DNA of 64,000 nucleotides, taken from assembly GCA_965262915.1 (NCBI GenBank), contig OZ253564.1, positions 4,736,001 to 4,800,000 of the forward strand. Direction: 5' to 3'. Origin of the DNA: Candidatus Spongiisociaceae bacterium. Its GTDB lineage: Bacteria > Actinomycetota > Acidimicrobiia > Spongiisociales > Spongiisociaceae. Numbering within the stretch: position 1 is the stretch's first letter; each line of letters starts with the position of its first letter. Under the pieces are notes generated by a model. That model searched no databases, was not told the origin of the DNA, and saw nothing but the letters and a program-made list of their open reading frames with translations. The translations under genes were made by a program, and so were the position numbers. This document shows, piece by piece, positions 50,413 through 60,084 of this stretch.

Positions 50413-51708
50413 GTGGGAATCCATGCCGACCTGCTTGAACGCCACCGGGCGGTGATACCCCCGTGGGTCGGTCTGTACTACGACGAGCCCATCTCGCTGG
50501 TGGACGGAGCGGGACGGCACGTGACCGACGCCGAGGGCAACCGCTACCTGGACTTCTTCGGCGGGATCCTCGTGACGATCGCGGGCCATGCCGTTCCCCG
50601 AGTGGTCGAGGCGATCAGAGACCAGGCCGACCGGATGCTGCACAGCTCCACGCTGTATCTGATCGAGTCCCAGATCGAATTGGCGGAGAAGATCGCCGAG
50701 CTCTCGGGCATCCCGGACGCCAAGGTGTTCTTCGCGAACTCCGGTACCGAAGCCAACGACACCGCGCTGATGCTGGCTACCCAGTACCGCAAGTCCAACC
50801 AGGTGCTGGCGATCCGGGGCAGCTACCACGGCAAGTCCCACAGCGCCATCGCTGTAACGGGTAACGCCGCATGGTCGGGGACCACTTTCAGCCCCTTCCA
50901 GGTCACCTACGTACACGGCGGCTACAAGGTCCGCTCCCCGTTCGGTCACCTGCCGGACGACCAGTTCATCGCCAAGTGCGTCGAGGACCTGCGTGACCTG
51001 CTGGACATCGCCACAGCCGGCAACGTGGCGGCGATGATCGCGGAGCCCATCCAGGGCGTGGGAGGGTTCATAACCCCGCCCGACGGATTGTTCGGCGCCA
51101 TGAAGGAAGTGCTCGACCGCCACGGCATCCTGTTCATCTCCGACGAAGTCCAGACCGGCTGGGGCCGGACCGGGGAGAACTTCTGGGGCTACCAGGCACA
51201 CGGCATCGTGCCGGACCTGCTCACCTTCGCGAAGGGTTTGGGCAACGGTATGGCGATCGGAGGCGTCGTCGGTCGGCGGGAGATCATGGACTGCTACCCC
51301 GCCAACGCCATCTCGACCTTCGGGGGTAACCCGATGGCGACCGCGGCCGGCCTCGCCACCCTCGAAATCCTGCTGGAGGAAGACCTGCAATCCAACTCGC
51401 ACAAGGTGGGCAACCGGCTCAGGGAGGGCCTCCACTACATCGCCGAGGAGACCGAGGCGGTAACCGAGGTCCGGGGCAAGGGTCTGATGCTGGGCGTAGA
51501 GTTGTCCGACCCGGCGACCGGCAGGCCCGATCCTGCTCTCACCGGGGCCATCATGGAGGAGGCCAGGGTGGAGGGTCTGCTGATCGGAAAGGGCGGGCTG
51601 TACGGGAACGTGCTGCGCATTGCCCCTCCGCTGTCGCTCACCGAAACGGAGTGTGACGAGGGACTGGCCATGCTGGGAACCGCCGTACGCCGGGCAACCG
51701 GCTCCTAG
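50413..51708 (+). CDS. Class III aminotransferase (beta-alanine transaminase-like)
   Basis: YLDFFGG, AEPIQGVGG, DEVQTGWGRTG, FAKG. Confidence 0.92.
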   Translation: MGIHADLLERHRAVIPPWVGLYYDEPISLVDGAGRHVTDAEGNRYLDFFGGILVTIAGHAVPRVVEAIRDQADRMLHSSTLYLIESQIELAEKIAELSGIPDAKVFFANSGTEANDTALMLATQYRKSNQVLAIRGSYHGKSHSAIAVTGNAAWSGTTFSPFQVTYVHGGYKVRSPFGHLPDDQFIAKCVEDLRDLLDIATAGNVAAMIAEPIQGVGGFITPPDGLFGAMKEVLDRHGILFISDEVQTGWGRTGENFWGYQAHGIVPDLLTFAKGLGNGMAIGGVVGRREIMDCYPANAISTFGGNPMATAAGLATLEILLEEDLQSNSHKVGNRLREGLHYIAEETEAVTEVRGKGLMLGVELSDPATGRPDPALTGAIMEEARVEGLLIGKGGLYGNVLRIAPPLSLTETECDEGLAMLGTAVRRATGS

Positions 51709-51740
51709 TAGGCGACAAACGACCAACACGGAGGGGAGTC

Positions 51741-53162
51741 ATGGGTTCTGCACTCATCAAAAACGGCACCGTCGTCACGGCTACCGAGAACATGCAGGCC
51801 GATGTACTCATCCAGGACACGAAGATCGTCGCCATTGTCGCATCCGGCTCGATCGACCTGGGCCTCATGGCCGACCGCACCATCGACGCTGCCGGGAAGC
51901 TGGTGATACCGGGCGGCATCGATGTGCACACCCACATGGAACTGCCCTTCGGCGGGACCTTCGCCGCCGACACCTTCGAGACCGGGAGCCGGGCTGCCGC
52001 CTGGGGAGGTACGACCACGATCGTGGACTTCGCCGTACAGACCAAGGGCGAGTCGGCCATGGACGGGTTCGAGAAGTGGATGGCCAAGGCCGAGGGCGAG
52101 TGCGCCATCGACTACGGCTTCCACATGATCACCGGAGACATCAACGAGCAGACCCTCAAGGAGATGGACATGCTGGTGGACGAGGGCGTCACCTCGTTCA
52201 AGATGTTCATGGCGTATCCGGGGGTCTTCTACTCCGACGACGGCGAGATCGTCATGGCCATGCAGAAAGCCGCCGAGAACGGGTCGATGATCGCCATGCA
52301 CGCCGAGAACGGCATCGCCATCGACGTCTTCGTCAACCAGGCGCTCCAGAGGGGTGAGACCGACCCGATCTATCACGGGCTGGCCCGCAAGTCGGTGCTG
52401 GAAGGCGAAGCGACCCACCGCGCCATCCGCCTCGCCGAGGTCACCGGCGCTCCGGTCTACTTCGTGCATCTGTCCGCCCTCGAAGCGCTCGATCAGGTCA
52501 CGCTGGCGCGCGACGAGGGAAGGAACGTGTTCGCCGAAACATGCCCCCAGTACCTGCTGCTGGATCTCGAAAAACTCGGAAACGAATTCGAGGGCGCCAA
52601 ATACGTATGCTCGCCACCGCTGCGTGACCGGGCGGCGGGACATCAGGATCGACTGTGGCAGGGCCTAAGAACCGACGACCTTCAGGTTGTCTCCACCGAC
52701 CACTGCCCCTTCTGCATGGGTGACCACCACACGTTCGGGACCCAGAAACAGCTCGGGAGGGACAACTTCGCGGCGATACCCAACGGGATCCCCGTGGTCG
52801 AGAACCGGATGGAACTGATATTCGACGCCGGAGTCGTCGGCCGTCGTATCAACTTGAACCGGTTCGTCGAGATCACCGCCACCGCCCCCGCCAAGATGTT
52901 CGGCCTGTTCCCGAAGAAGGGTACGATCGCGGTGGGGAGTGACGCCGACATCGTGATCCTCGACCCCGACCGCACCCACACCATCTCGGTGGAAACCCAT
53001 CACATGGATGTCGACTACTCGGCGTTCGAGGGGAGGGAGATCACCGGCAAGGTCGAAACGGTCTTGTCGAAGGGCGAGGTCATCATCGCGGACGGCCGCT
53101 ACCACGGGGGCAAGGGTGACGGCGAGTACCTGCGACGCGGCACGACCATGCTGCTGCGCTGA
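51741..53162 (+). CDS. hydA: Dihydropyrimidinase
   Basis: PGGIDVHTH, SFKMFMAY, HAENG, STDHCPF. Confidence 0.94.
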   Translation: MGSALIKNGTVVTATENMQADVLIQDTKIVAIVASGSIDLGLMADRTIDAAGKLVIPGGIDVHTHMELPFGGTFAADTFETGSRAAAWGGTTTIVDFAVQTKGESAMDGFEKWMAKAEGECAIDYGFHMITGDINEQTLKEMDMLVDEGVTSFKMFMAYPGVFYSDDGEIVMAMQKAAENGSMIAMHAENGIAIDVFVNQALQRGETDPIYHGLARKSVLEGEATHRAIRLAEVTGAPVYFVHLSALEALDQVTLARDEGRNVFAETCPQYLLLDLEKLGNEFEGAKYVCSPPLRDRAAGHQDRLWQGLRTDDLQVVSTDHCPFCMGDHHTFGTQKQLGRDNFAAIPNGIPVVENRMELIFDAGVVGRRINLNRFVEITATAPAKMFGLFPKKGTIAVGSDADIVILDPDRTHTISVETHHMDVDYSAFEGREITGKVETVLSKGEVIIADGRYHGGKGDGEYLRRGTTMLLR

Positions 53163-53248
53163 AGCGCACACGCGGGAACCCGACGGTGTATCCAGCAGGG
53201 CGCTAGCGTCGAGGTTAAGCAAGGACCTACAGGACAAGGTAAGAAACG

Positions 53249-54742
53249 ATGAAAACCATAACCCATTGGATCAAGGGCAAGTCCTGGGAAGGGGAACCGC
53301 AGCGGACCGGTCCGGTGTTCAATCCGGCCACCGGGCGGCAGACCGCCGAGGTGACCTTCGCCACCGCCGAAGAGGTGGACCAAGCCGTCGGCGCGGCTCG
53401 GAAGGCGTTCGAAGACTGGCGCTCGGTGTCGCTCACCCGCCGCCAGAACATCATGTTCGCCTACCGGGAACTGATCACCCGGCACCGCCTGGACCTGGCC
53501 CGTGCCCTCACCGCCGAACACGGCAAGACCCTCGACGACGCCCTCGGCGAAGTGCAGCGGGGCCTCGAAGTGGTGGAGTTCTCCTGCAACATCGCCCACC
53601 TCCTCAAAGGGGAGTTCTCCGAACAGGTCAGCACCTCGGTCGACACCTACACCGTACGCCAACCGCTGGGCGTGGCGGCCGGGATCACCCCGTTCAACTT
53701 CCCCGCCATGGTGCCGATGTGGATGTTCCCGATCGCCATCGCCTGCGGGAACACCTTCGTACTGAAGCCATCCGAAAAGGACCCGTCGCCGTCCCTGCTC
53801 AACGCCGAGCTGCTGGCCGAGGCCGGCCTTCCCGACGGGGTGTTCAACGTGGTTCACGGCGACAAGATGGCGGTGGACGCCATAGTTGCCCACCCCGATG
53901 TTGCCGCCATATCTTTCGTGGGCTCGACCCCGATCGCCCGCTACATCTACGAGCAGGGAACCCGCAACGGCAAGCGGGTCCAGGCCCTGGGCGGCGCCAA
54001 GAACCACATGATCGTGCTGCCCGACGCGGACATGGACCTGGCGGCCGACGCGGCGGTGTCGGCCGGGTACGGATCGGCCGGCGAACGGTGCATGGCCATT
54101 TCGGTGGTGGTGACGGTGGGCGATGCCGCCGACCGGCTGCTGCCCAAAGTCAGGGAACGCATAGCCGAGTTGGTAGTAGGACCGGGGGACTCCGAACGCG
54201 CCCAGATGGGTCCGCTGGTAACCGCACAGCATCGCGACCGCGTCGCCGGCTACGTCGACGCCGGCGAGGCGGAAGGAGCAATTCTCCTCGAAGACGGTAG
54301 GGGCTTCACCAGCGAAGGACACGAGGACGGATTCTTCTTCGGACCCACCCTGTTCGACGAGGTGACACCCGACATGTCCGTCTACCGGGACGAGATATTC
54401 GGACCGGTCCTCTCGCTGGTGCGCACCGGCTCCTACCAGGAAGCCATCGACCTGATCAACGTCAACCCCTACGGCAACGGAACCGCTGTCTTTACCAACG
54501 ACGGAGGCGCGGCGCGCAAGTTCCAGTCGGAGATCGAGGTGGGCATGGTGGGCATCAACGTGCCGATACCGGTTCCGCTCTCGTTCTACTCGTTCGGGGG
54601 ATGGAAGGACTCGATATTCGGGGATCATGCCATCTACGGTCCCGACGGCGTACATTTCTACACTCGGCCCAAGGTGGTGATCACCAGATGGCCCGACCCC
54701 ATCCATCGCGGGGTGGATCTCGGATTCCCCCAGCACCGCTAA
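53249..54742 (+). CDS. mmsA: CoA-acylating (methyl)malonate-semialdehyde dehydrogenase
   Basis: PFNFPAMVPMW, GGAKNH, AGERCMA, GINVPIPVP. Confidence 0.93.
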   Translation: MKTITHWIKGKSWEGEPQRTGPVFNPATGRQTAEVTFATAEEVDQAVGAARKAFEDWRSVSLTRRQNIMFAYRELITRHRLDLARALTAEHGKTLDDALGEVQRGLEVVEFSCNIAHLLKGEFSEQVSTSVDTYTVRQPLGVAAGITPFNFPAMVPMWMFPIAIACGNTFVLKPSEKDPSPSLLNAELLAEAGLPDGVFNVVHGDKMAVDAIVAHPDVAAISFVGSTPIARYIYEQGTRNGKRVQALGGAKNHMIVLPDADMDLAADAAVSAGYGSAGERCMAISVVVTVGDAADRLLPKVRERIAELVVGPGDSERAQMGPLVTAQHRDRVAGYVDAGEAEGAILLEDGRGFTSEGHEDGFFFGPTLFDEVTPDMSVYRDEIFGPVLSLVRTGSYQEAIDLINVNPYGNGTAVFTNDGGAARKFQSEIEVGMVGINVPIPVPLSFYSFGGWKDSIFGDHAIYGPDGVHFYTRPKVVITRWPDPIHRGVDLGFPQHR

Positions 54743-54779
54743 GAGGGGCGAAAGAACACTGGACGATGGGATAGGAAGC

Positions 54780-55787
54780 ATGGACTTCGGTGTCGTACTC
54801 CAGACCGATCCACCGGCCTCACGGGTGGTGGAACTCACCCGCATGGCGGAGGCCAACGGATTCACACACGCCTGGACCTTCGATTCCCACATCCTGTGGC
54901 AGGAGCCGTTCGTGATCTACTCACGGATGCTGGCCGAGACCGAGCGGATGGTGGTGGGTCCCATGGTGACCAACCCCGGTACCCGGGACTGGACGGTGCT
55001 GGCCTCCCTGTTTGCCACCCTCAACGACATGTACGGGGACCGGACCATCTGCGGGATGGGGCGGGGAGACTCGGCCCTTCGCTGCATCGGCCGCAGGCCT
55101 CGTACCCTGGCCAAGATGGTCGAGTCGATGAAGGTCATAAAGGGCCTGGTAGCGGGAGACGAAGTCGACTACGACGGCACCCCGCTCCGCATACCGTGGA
55201 TCTCCCAGGGCTGGGACCTGCCGATGTGGGCGGCCGGTTACGGACCGAAAGCCCTGGCCACGGTGGGCCGCCACGCCGACGGGTTCATCCTGCAGTTGGC
55301 CGACCCCCAGATCCTCCAATGGACAGTGGCCGCGGTACGGGCTGCGGCCGCGGATGCAGGACGGGATCCCGAAGAGATAACGATCTGCGTGGTGGCTCCG
55401 GCTTACGTCGGGGACAACATCGAACACCAGCGGGAGAAACTCCGGTGGTTCGGGGGCATGGTCGGCAACCACGTCCACGACCTCGTCAAGCGCTACGGCT
55501 CGGACAACCCCGAGATGGTTCCCGAAGTACTGGCCGACTACATCGCCGCCCGGGAAGGCTACGACTACGCCCATCACGGGAGATCCGGTAACCCGTCCAC
55601 CGACTTCGTCCCGGATGCGATCGTCGACCGCTTCTGCGTGCTCGGGACGGCAGAAGATCACATCGCCAAACTGGAGTTCCTACGGGATCTCGGGATGGAC
55701 CACTTCGGGATCTACCTGATGCACGACGACCGGGAGGGCACCCTGGCCGCCTACGGAGATTCGGTTATACCTGCGATCGGTGGGTAA
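54780..55787 (+). CDS. LLM class F420-dependent oxidoreductase (TIGR03842-like)
   Basis: MDFGVVLQTDPPA, WTFDSHILWQEP, GRGDS, WFGGMVGNHV. Confidence 0.88.
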   Translation: MDFGVVLQTDPPASRVVELTRMAEANGFTHAWTFDSHILWQEPFVIYSRMLAETERMVVGPMVTNPGTRDWTVLASLFATLNDMYGDRTICGMGRGDSALRCIGRRPRTLAKMVESMKVIKGLVAGDEVDYDGTPLRIPWISQGWDLPMWAAGYGPKALATVGRHADGFILQLADPQILQWTVAAVRAAAADAGRDPEEITICVVAPAYVGDNIEHQREKLRWFGGMVGNHVHDLVKRYGSDNPEMVPEVLADYIAAREGYDYAHHGRSGNPSTDFVPDAIVDRFCVLGTAEDHIAKLEFLRDLGMDHFGIYLMHDDREGTLAAYGDSVIPAIGG

Positions 55788-55954
55788 TCGGTGACCGGCG
55801 GAGTACGTCTAGTTGGTGTCGCCGGTTCGTACGGGCTTACCTGAATAGCTCAGCTGCGTCCCAGTCCGGGTGCACTGCAGTCACGTAATCGTGTAGCAGC
55901 GCTCGGCACACGTCCTGCGTGCTGGTCTCGGTGAGCTTGATGATGTTATCGATC

Positions 55955-56644
55955 TCATCGGCCGCGGTGCGAGATCTTGAATCTCTGGGACCAGACCCCT
56001 CTGCGGCTCCAGCCATGCCTCAGGTGCCACCCGCTGATCAGCCTGTAAACGGTACGGCCACCGTAGGTGACCGATGGAAGCAGAAACGAAAGCTCGTCCT
56101 TTGGTTTGGTAGCTCGCTCAAGAGCGTTCACCACCAAGGTCGAGAACTTCATGTATTCGGCCCAAGCCTGGGCCTGCAGCCGCTCCTTAACGGACGTCGG
56201 CACCGAGAACGCGATCGTCGGCCGCCCCTCTTTGGTCGACCCACCTGCTGATCGCAGGTCTCGGGCCGAAGCGTATTCCTCCTCGGTTACCTTGCGGCGT
56301 TTCCAGACGGTGGCGCCGCCGGTGGTGTGGGACAGGTGGGTCATGGGTGAGTCCGGCAGCGCGCCGTGCCAATGGACCTCTCCGGGTGGGGCATGGACGA
56401 GGTCTCCGGTGGAGATCTCGACGGCGGAACCCTCATCGTTCTGGACAAGACCCGCACCGTTCGTGACGTACAGCACCTGTCCGCCGGGGTGGTAGTGCCA
56501 ATCGGTGCGGGCCCCCGGAGAGAAGCTCACCGCCAGGATGTTGAGGGCGCCGTCGTTCCTCACCGGCCCGAACAGGACCTCCCCGGTGAAGTTCCCGGCC
56601 GGGGCTTTCCCCCATTCGATGTCTCCCGGCTTCCAGTGCTCCAT
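55955..56644 (-). CDS. Cupin domain protein with an atypical C-terminal extension
   Basis: NFTGEV, F.PGART.WH.HP.GQ.L, HWHGA, VTEEEY; unrelated tail follows. Confidence 0.8.
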   Translation of the reverse strand: MEHWKPGDIEWGKAPAGNFTGEVLFGPVRNDGALNILAVSFSPGARTDWHYHPGGQVLYVTNGAGLVQNDEGSAVEISTGDLVHAPPGEVHWHGALPDSPMTHLSHTTGGATVWKRRKVTEEEYASARDLRSAGGSTKEGRPTIAFSVPTSVKERLQAQAWAEYMKFSTLVVNALERATKPKDELSFLLPSVTYGGRTVYRLISGWHLRHGWSRRGVWSQRFKISHRGR

Positions 56645-57106
56645 GGCCCTCCCAGTCTTGTCCCTCGGTGAACCTTCAGGAGAGAACTGAGGTTACCGGC
56701 TGTATGTGCTGCGCGCACGCCGAGCGGATGCGGATACCGCCGGGCGTCCCCATTCCACGCCGGTCGGGTATCGGGAGAACTCTCGGGGTTTTTCTGGTGT
56801 GGCCTGGATTGTCAGCCCGGCCGCCGCGCACCGGTCGCTATGGCGTCGGGCCGACCGGTTCTGCTCGGTGTTGATCCAGGAACTGGTCCATGGGGCTATC
56901 TCGAGTATTGTAGACTACCGTTGATAGCTCTATTGTTAAAGCGTACGGGGGTCGCAGGGTCTCAGTCGTCACGGACTACTGACCATTCACAAGGTTCCGT
57001 TTATGGCCCCTCTCTCACCGACAGGGGTCTCCGTCAAGAACCGATACACCTTCGAACCACCGTTCGGCCCCCGCGGCAAGATCAGTAAAGCTGCGAGTCC
57101 GTTCCT

Positions 57107-57646
57107 ATGAGCATGCACGCCTACGCGGACGAGTCCGTCCGTGGTCGCGACTACATCATCTGCGTCACGTCGATTCCGTCGAGGGATGTCAAGACGGCAC
57201 GACGGAAACTACGAACTCTCACCGCCCGAGGCCAGAGACGTATCCACTTCGCCACTGACAGCGACCAGCGTCGGCGCGCTCTTCTGTCACAAATCGCCAC
57301 CGTCGGTACGTCATCGGTCATCTACATAGCCCGTCACCGGGACCAGGTGGCCGCCCGAGCCGCGATTGTCAAGGTGGTCGCGGCTGACCTGCTGACATCC
57401 GGTGTGACCTTCTTTGTCCTCGAATCACGGGAGGGGCAAGATCATCGCGATCGTGCAATCATCTCCGGCGAACTCGGTACCTTCCGACCGCCTCCGTTTG
57501 GCTACACCCACAAGACGCCGGGCGGCGAACCCCTGCTTTGGGTGCCGGACGCTGTCGCCTGGGCGTGGGGTCGAGGGAACAAATGGCGGACGACCGTTCA
57601 GGATCTTGGCCTCGTTGTTGATACGAAACGCGTTGAAGTCTCATAG
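57107..57646 (+). CDS. DUF3800-like RNase H-fold protein
   Basis: N-terminal AYADES, IHF, C-terminal EPLLWVPDAVAW (equivalent of LQxAD). Confidence 0.7.
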   Translation: MSMHAYADESVRGRDYIICVTSIPSRDVKTARRKLRTLTARGQRRIHFATDSDQRRRALLSQIATVGTSSVIYIARHRDQVAARAAIVKVVAADLLTSGVTFFVLESREGQDHRDRAIISGELGTFRPPPFGYTHKTPGGEPLLWVPDAVAWAWGRGNKWRTTVQDLGLVVDTKRVEVS

Positions 57647-57722
57647 AAACGCGCGGAGGCCCGACCGCTCACCGTCCGGAGAGGAGCCGGGCCCGCTTCC
57701 ACGGGCTAGTGCCCTGGCACCT
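57647..57722 (+). ncRNA. Candidate structured RNA 3' of the DUF3800-like gene
   Basis: Stem GGCCCG/CGGGCC enclosing GCTC/GAGC; second stem CCA-C-GGGC-TAGT-GCCC-TGG; alternative pairing GGAGGC/GCTTCC. Confidence 0.55.
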
Positions 57723-57750
57723 CTAATTGTTGTCGGAGATCCTGCTGCTG

Positions 57751-59202
57751 TCAATGCTGAATCTCCGAGGAACCTTCTTGAGTTCTTCGTTTCACGCCGG
57801 TGACCAACACTTCGAGCGGAGCGGCAGTTTGGTCGATGAAGCGCCACAGCCGCTCGACGTGCTCCTCCCGTGTGTTGACCTGACCGATAGACACGCGCAC
57901 GAAAGCCGTGTCACCGATCCGAGACGGCGTAAGGAAGGAGTGGCCGGAACGGTTCACGTCCGCGGCGAGAGATTCGGTGGCCTGATTACCAGCCCGGTGG
58001 CGGAAACACACTAGGGAGAACGGCACGGGCGCGACGAGCTCGAGACGCTGATCCGCCTCGATCCGGGCCGCTAGATCCCGGGCCCACGCCACGTTGGCGC
58101 GCAGCCGGGCGCGGATCCCCGCAGCCCCGTAGTAGCGGAGCACGAACCACAGCTTCAGGGAGCGAAAGCGGCGGCCGAGCGCCACGTGCCAGTCCCGGTA
58201 GTCGATGACCTGACCACTTTCCGATGCCTCGTTGCGTAGGTATTCGGGCAGGATCGAGAGGGCTTGGATGAGCGGCGCGCGGTCGGCCACGAAGAACAGA
58301 GATCCATCGAAGGTCATCGGGGTCCACTTGTAGGGGTTGACCGTATAGCTGTCTGCGAGTTCGAGGCCGTCCTGATGGTGCCGGAACTCCTCGCAGAGCA
58401 TGGCGTTGCCCGCGAAGGCGGCGTCGACGTGGTGCCACATCCCCTGCTCCCGAGCCAACTCGCCGATAGCTCGCACCGGGTCCACAGCCGTGGTCCCGGT
58501 AGTGCCGATGGTGGAACATACGAAGGTCGGAACCAGACCGGCGTCCCGGTCGTCGGCGACCCGGTCGACCAACTCATCGAGGTCCATGGCGTAGACATCA
58601 TCCACATCGACCAGGCGGATGTGTTCGTAGCCCGCCACACGGGCACCCTTCTCGATCGAGGAGTGAGCCTGCGTGCTGGTGTAGGCAACACAGCGGCGGA
58701 TGTCGGCGCCAAGGCGCTGGGCCCGATCGCGGGCCACCACGACAGCCACGTGAGCGGCATCGGAGGCAGTCTGCTGCATCACGCCGCCTCCCTTCGCAGT
58801 GGTCTTCCAACCCGCAGGGAGACCCATCAGGTCCACCATCCAGTCCATCATGACGGTCTCGAGTTCTGTACACACCGGGCTGGTGGCCCACAGCATGCCC
58901 TGCTGGTCCAGGCCGGCCGCCACCAACTCGCCCAGCATCCCCGGACCCGACGTGGTGCATGGGAAGTAGGCAAACCATCCGGGCGAGGTCCAGTTGGTCA
59001 GCCCCGGCACCACGATCCGGTCCAGATCGGCGGCTATCGCCTCGAAGCCCTCCGGTTCCTCGGGCGCCTTCTCGGGTAGCATCTCGCGGATCCACCCCGG
59101 CGCTACCTCCGACTGCACCGGGAGATGGCTCACCCGCTCCATGTAGCCGGCTAACCAGTCGATCATTGCGTAGCCGTGGCGCCGAAACTCTTCAGGGGTC
59201 AT
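57751..59202 (-). CDS. PLP-dependent aromatic amino acid decarboxylase (group II)
   Basis: EEFR..G..MIDW, PG.T.W.SP..FAYFP, HVDAAFAG, LGRRFRSLKLWFV. Confidence 0.92.
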   Translation of the reverse strand: MTPEEFRRHGYAMIDWLAGYMERVSHLPVQSEVAPGWIREMLPEKAPEEPEGFEAIAADLDRIVVPGLTNWTSPGWFAYFPCTTSGPGMLGELVAAGLDQQGMLWATSPVCTELETVMMDWMVDLMGLPAGWKTTAKGGGVMQQTASDAAHVAVVVARDRAQRLGADIRRCVAYTSTQAHSSIEKGARVAGYEHIRLVDVDDVYAMDLDELVDRVADDRDAGLVPTFVCSTIGTTGTTAVDPVRAIGELAREQGMWHHVDAAFAGNAMLCEEFRHHQDGLELADSYTVNPYKWTPMTFDGSLFFVADRAPLIQALSILPEYLRNEASESGQVIDYRDWHVALGRRFRSLKLWFVLRYYGAAGIRARLRANVAWARDLAARIEADQRLELVAPVPFSLVCFRHRAGNQATESLAADVNRSGHSFLTPSRIGDTAFVRVSIGQVNTREEHVERLWRFIDQTAAPLEVLVTGVKRRTQEGSSEIQH

Positions 59203-59394
59203 GTCACCGCGATCGGTCCATCATCCTTATGCAGTGCGAGTCAGGATAGAGGGTCAGATGGTGCCTGACTTCGGGGCCGGAACATGGCCTGCCTGTCACT
59301 CGAGCCGGACCGCGCGCCTATCGAGTCCCCTACGGACAGTTGTACAGCCATGGGGACAAGGGCGATGTCGGGTGATCCGCCGCGGTACACGGGT

Positions 59395-59416
59395 TGTCAC
59401 AGTGGTGTCGCATGAT
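59395..59416 (+). promoter_or_regulatory. Candidate TGTC-type (PafBC/RecA-NDp-like) promoter of hicAB
   Basis: TGTCAC-N10-CATGAT, same geometry as in the two 218-bp elements. Confidence 0.4.
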
Positions 59417-59456
59417 GAATGGGTACCAGGACACGGGTGCCATCAGAAAGTAGGCA

Positions 59457-59711
59457 ATGGGCAGGCAACACAAGCTCCTCCAGAAGATTCTGGGCGGTCA
59501 CTCGGACGCCAACATCCGCTTCAACGAGTTGCGCCGCCTGCTCAAGAAACTCGGATTCGTCGAGCGCGTCCGCGGTAGCCACCATGTGTTCGTGCGGAGA
59601 GGCATCGCCGAGAGAGTCATCTTGCAGCGAGATGGCAAACATGCGAAACCGTATCAGATACGGCAAGTTCGTAGGATGGTCCTGAGGAATAGACTAGGTC
59701 TCGAGGAGTGA
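59457..59711 (+). CDS. hicA: HicA family toxin
   Basis: LGF.ER..GSHH.F, AKPYQ..QV. Confidence 0.9.
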   Translation: MGRQHKLLQKILGGHSDANIRFNELRRLLKKLGFVERVRGSHHVFVRRGIAERVILQRDGKHAKPYQIRQVRRMVLRNRLGLEE

Positions 59712-59923
59712 TGCACAAGTACGGAATCGTTCTCTATTGGAGCACCACCGATCAGGCGTATGTGGCCGAGGTTCCGGAGCTCCCCGGATGCATGGCTCAC
59801 GGCGACACTCAGGAAGCTGCTCTCAGGAACGTCAACGAGGCAACGGGACTCTGGATCGATAGCGCGAGGGAGTTCGGGGATCCGGTGCCGGAACCTAGTG
59901 GCGAACGTCTAGCACGGGCCTGA
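59708..59923 (+). CDS. hicB: Short HicB family antitoxin
   Basis: YVAEVPELPGCMAHG.T.E.AL, PEP; no DNA-binding domain. Confidence 0.9.
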   Translation: MMHKYGIVLYWSTTDQAYVAEVPELPGCMAHGDTQEAALRNVNEATGLWIDSAREFGDPVPEPSGERLARA

Positions 59924-60084
59924 TCCTCATCTCACGCACCAAGCGCCCCGGTGTGGCCGCCGCCTGCCCACGAGCTTCCATACGCATCAGGACTCCCGAT
60001 CTCGCAGTCATCGATGGAACGCGAATGCTCCGCGCGGTGGATCCCTGTTCGGCGCACCACTAGTAGCATGCCCCCGGAGAAACG

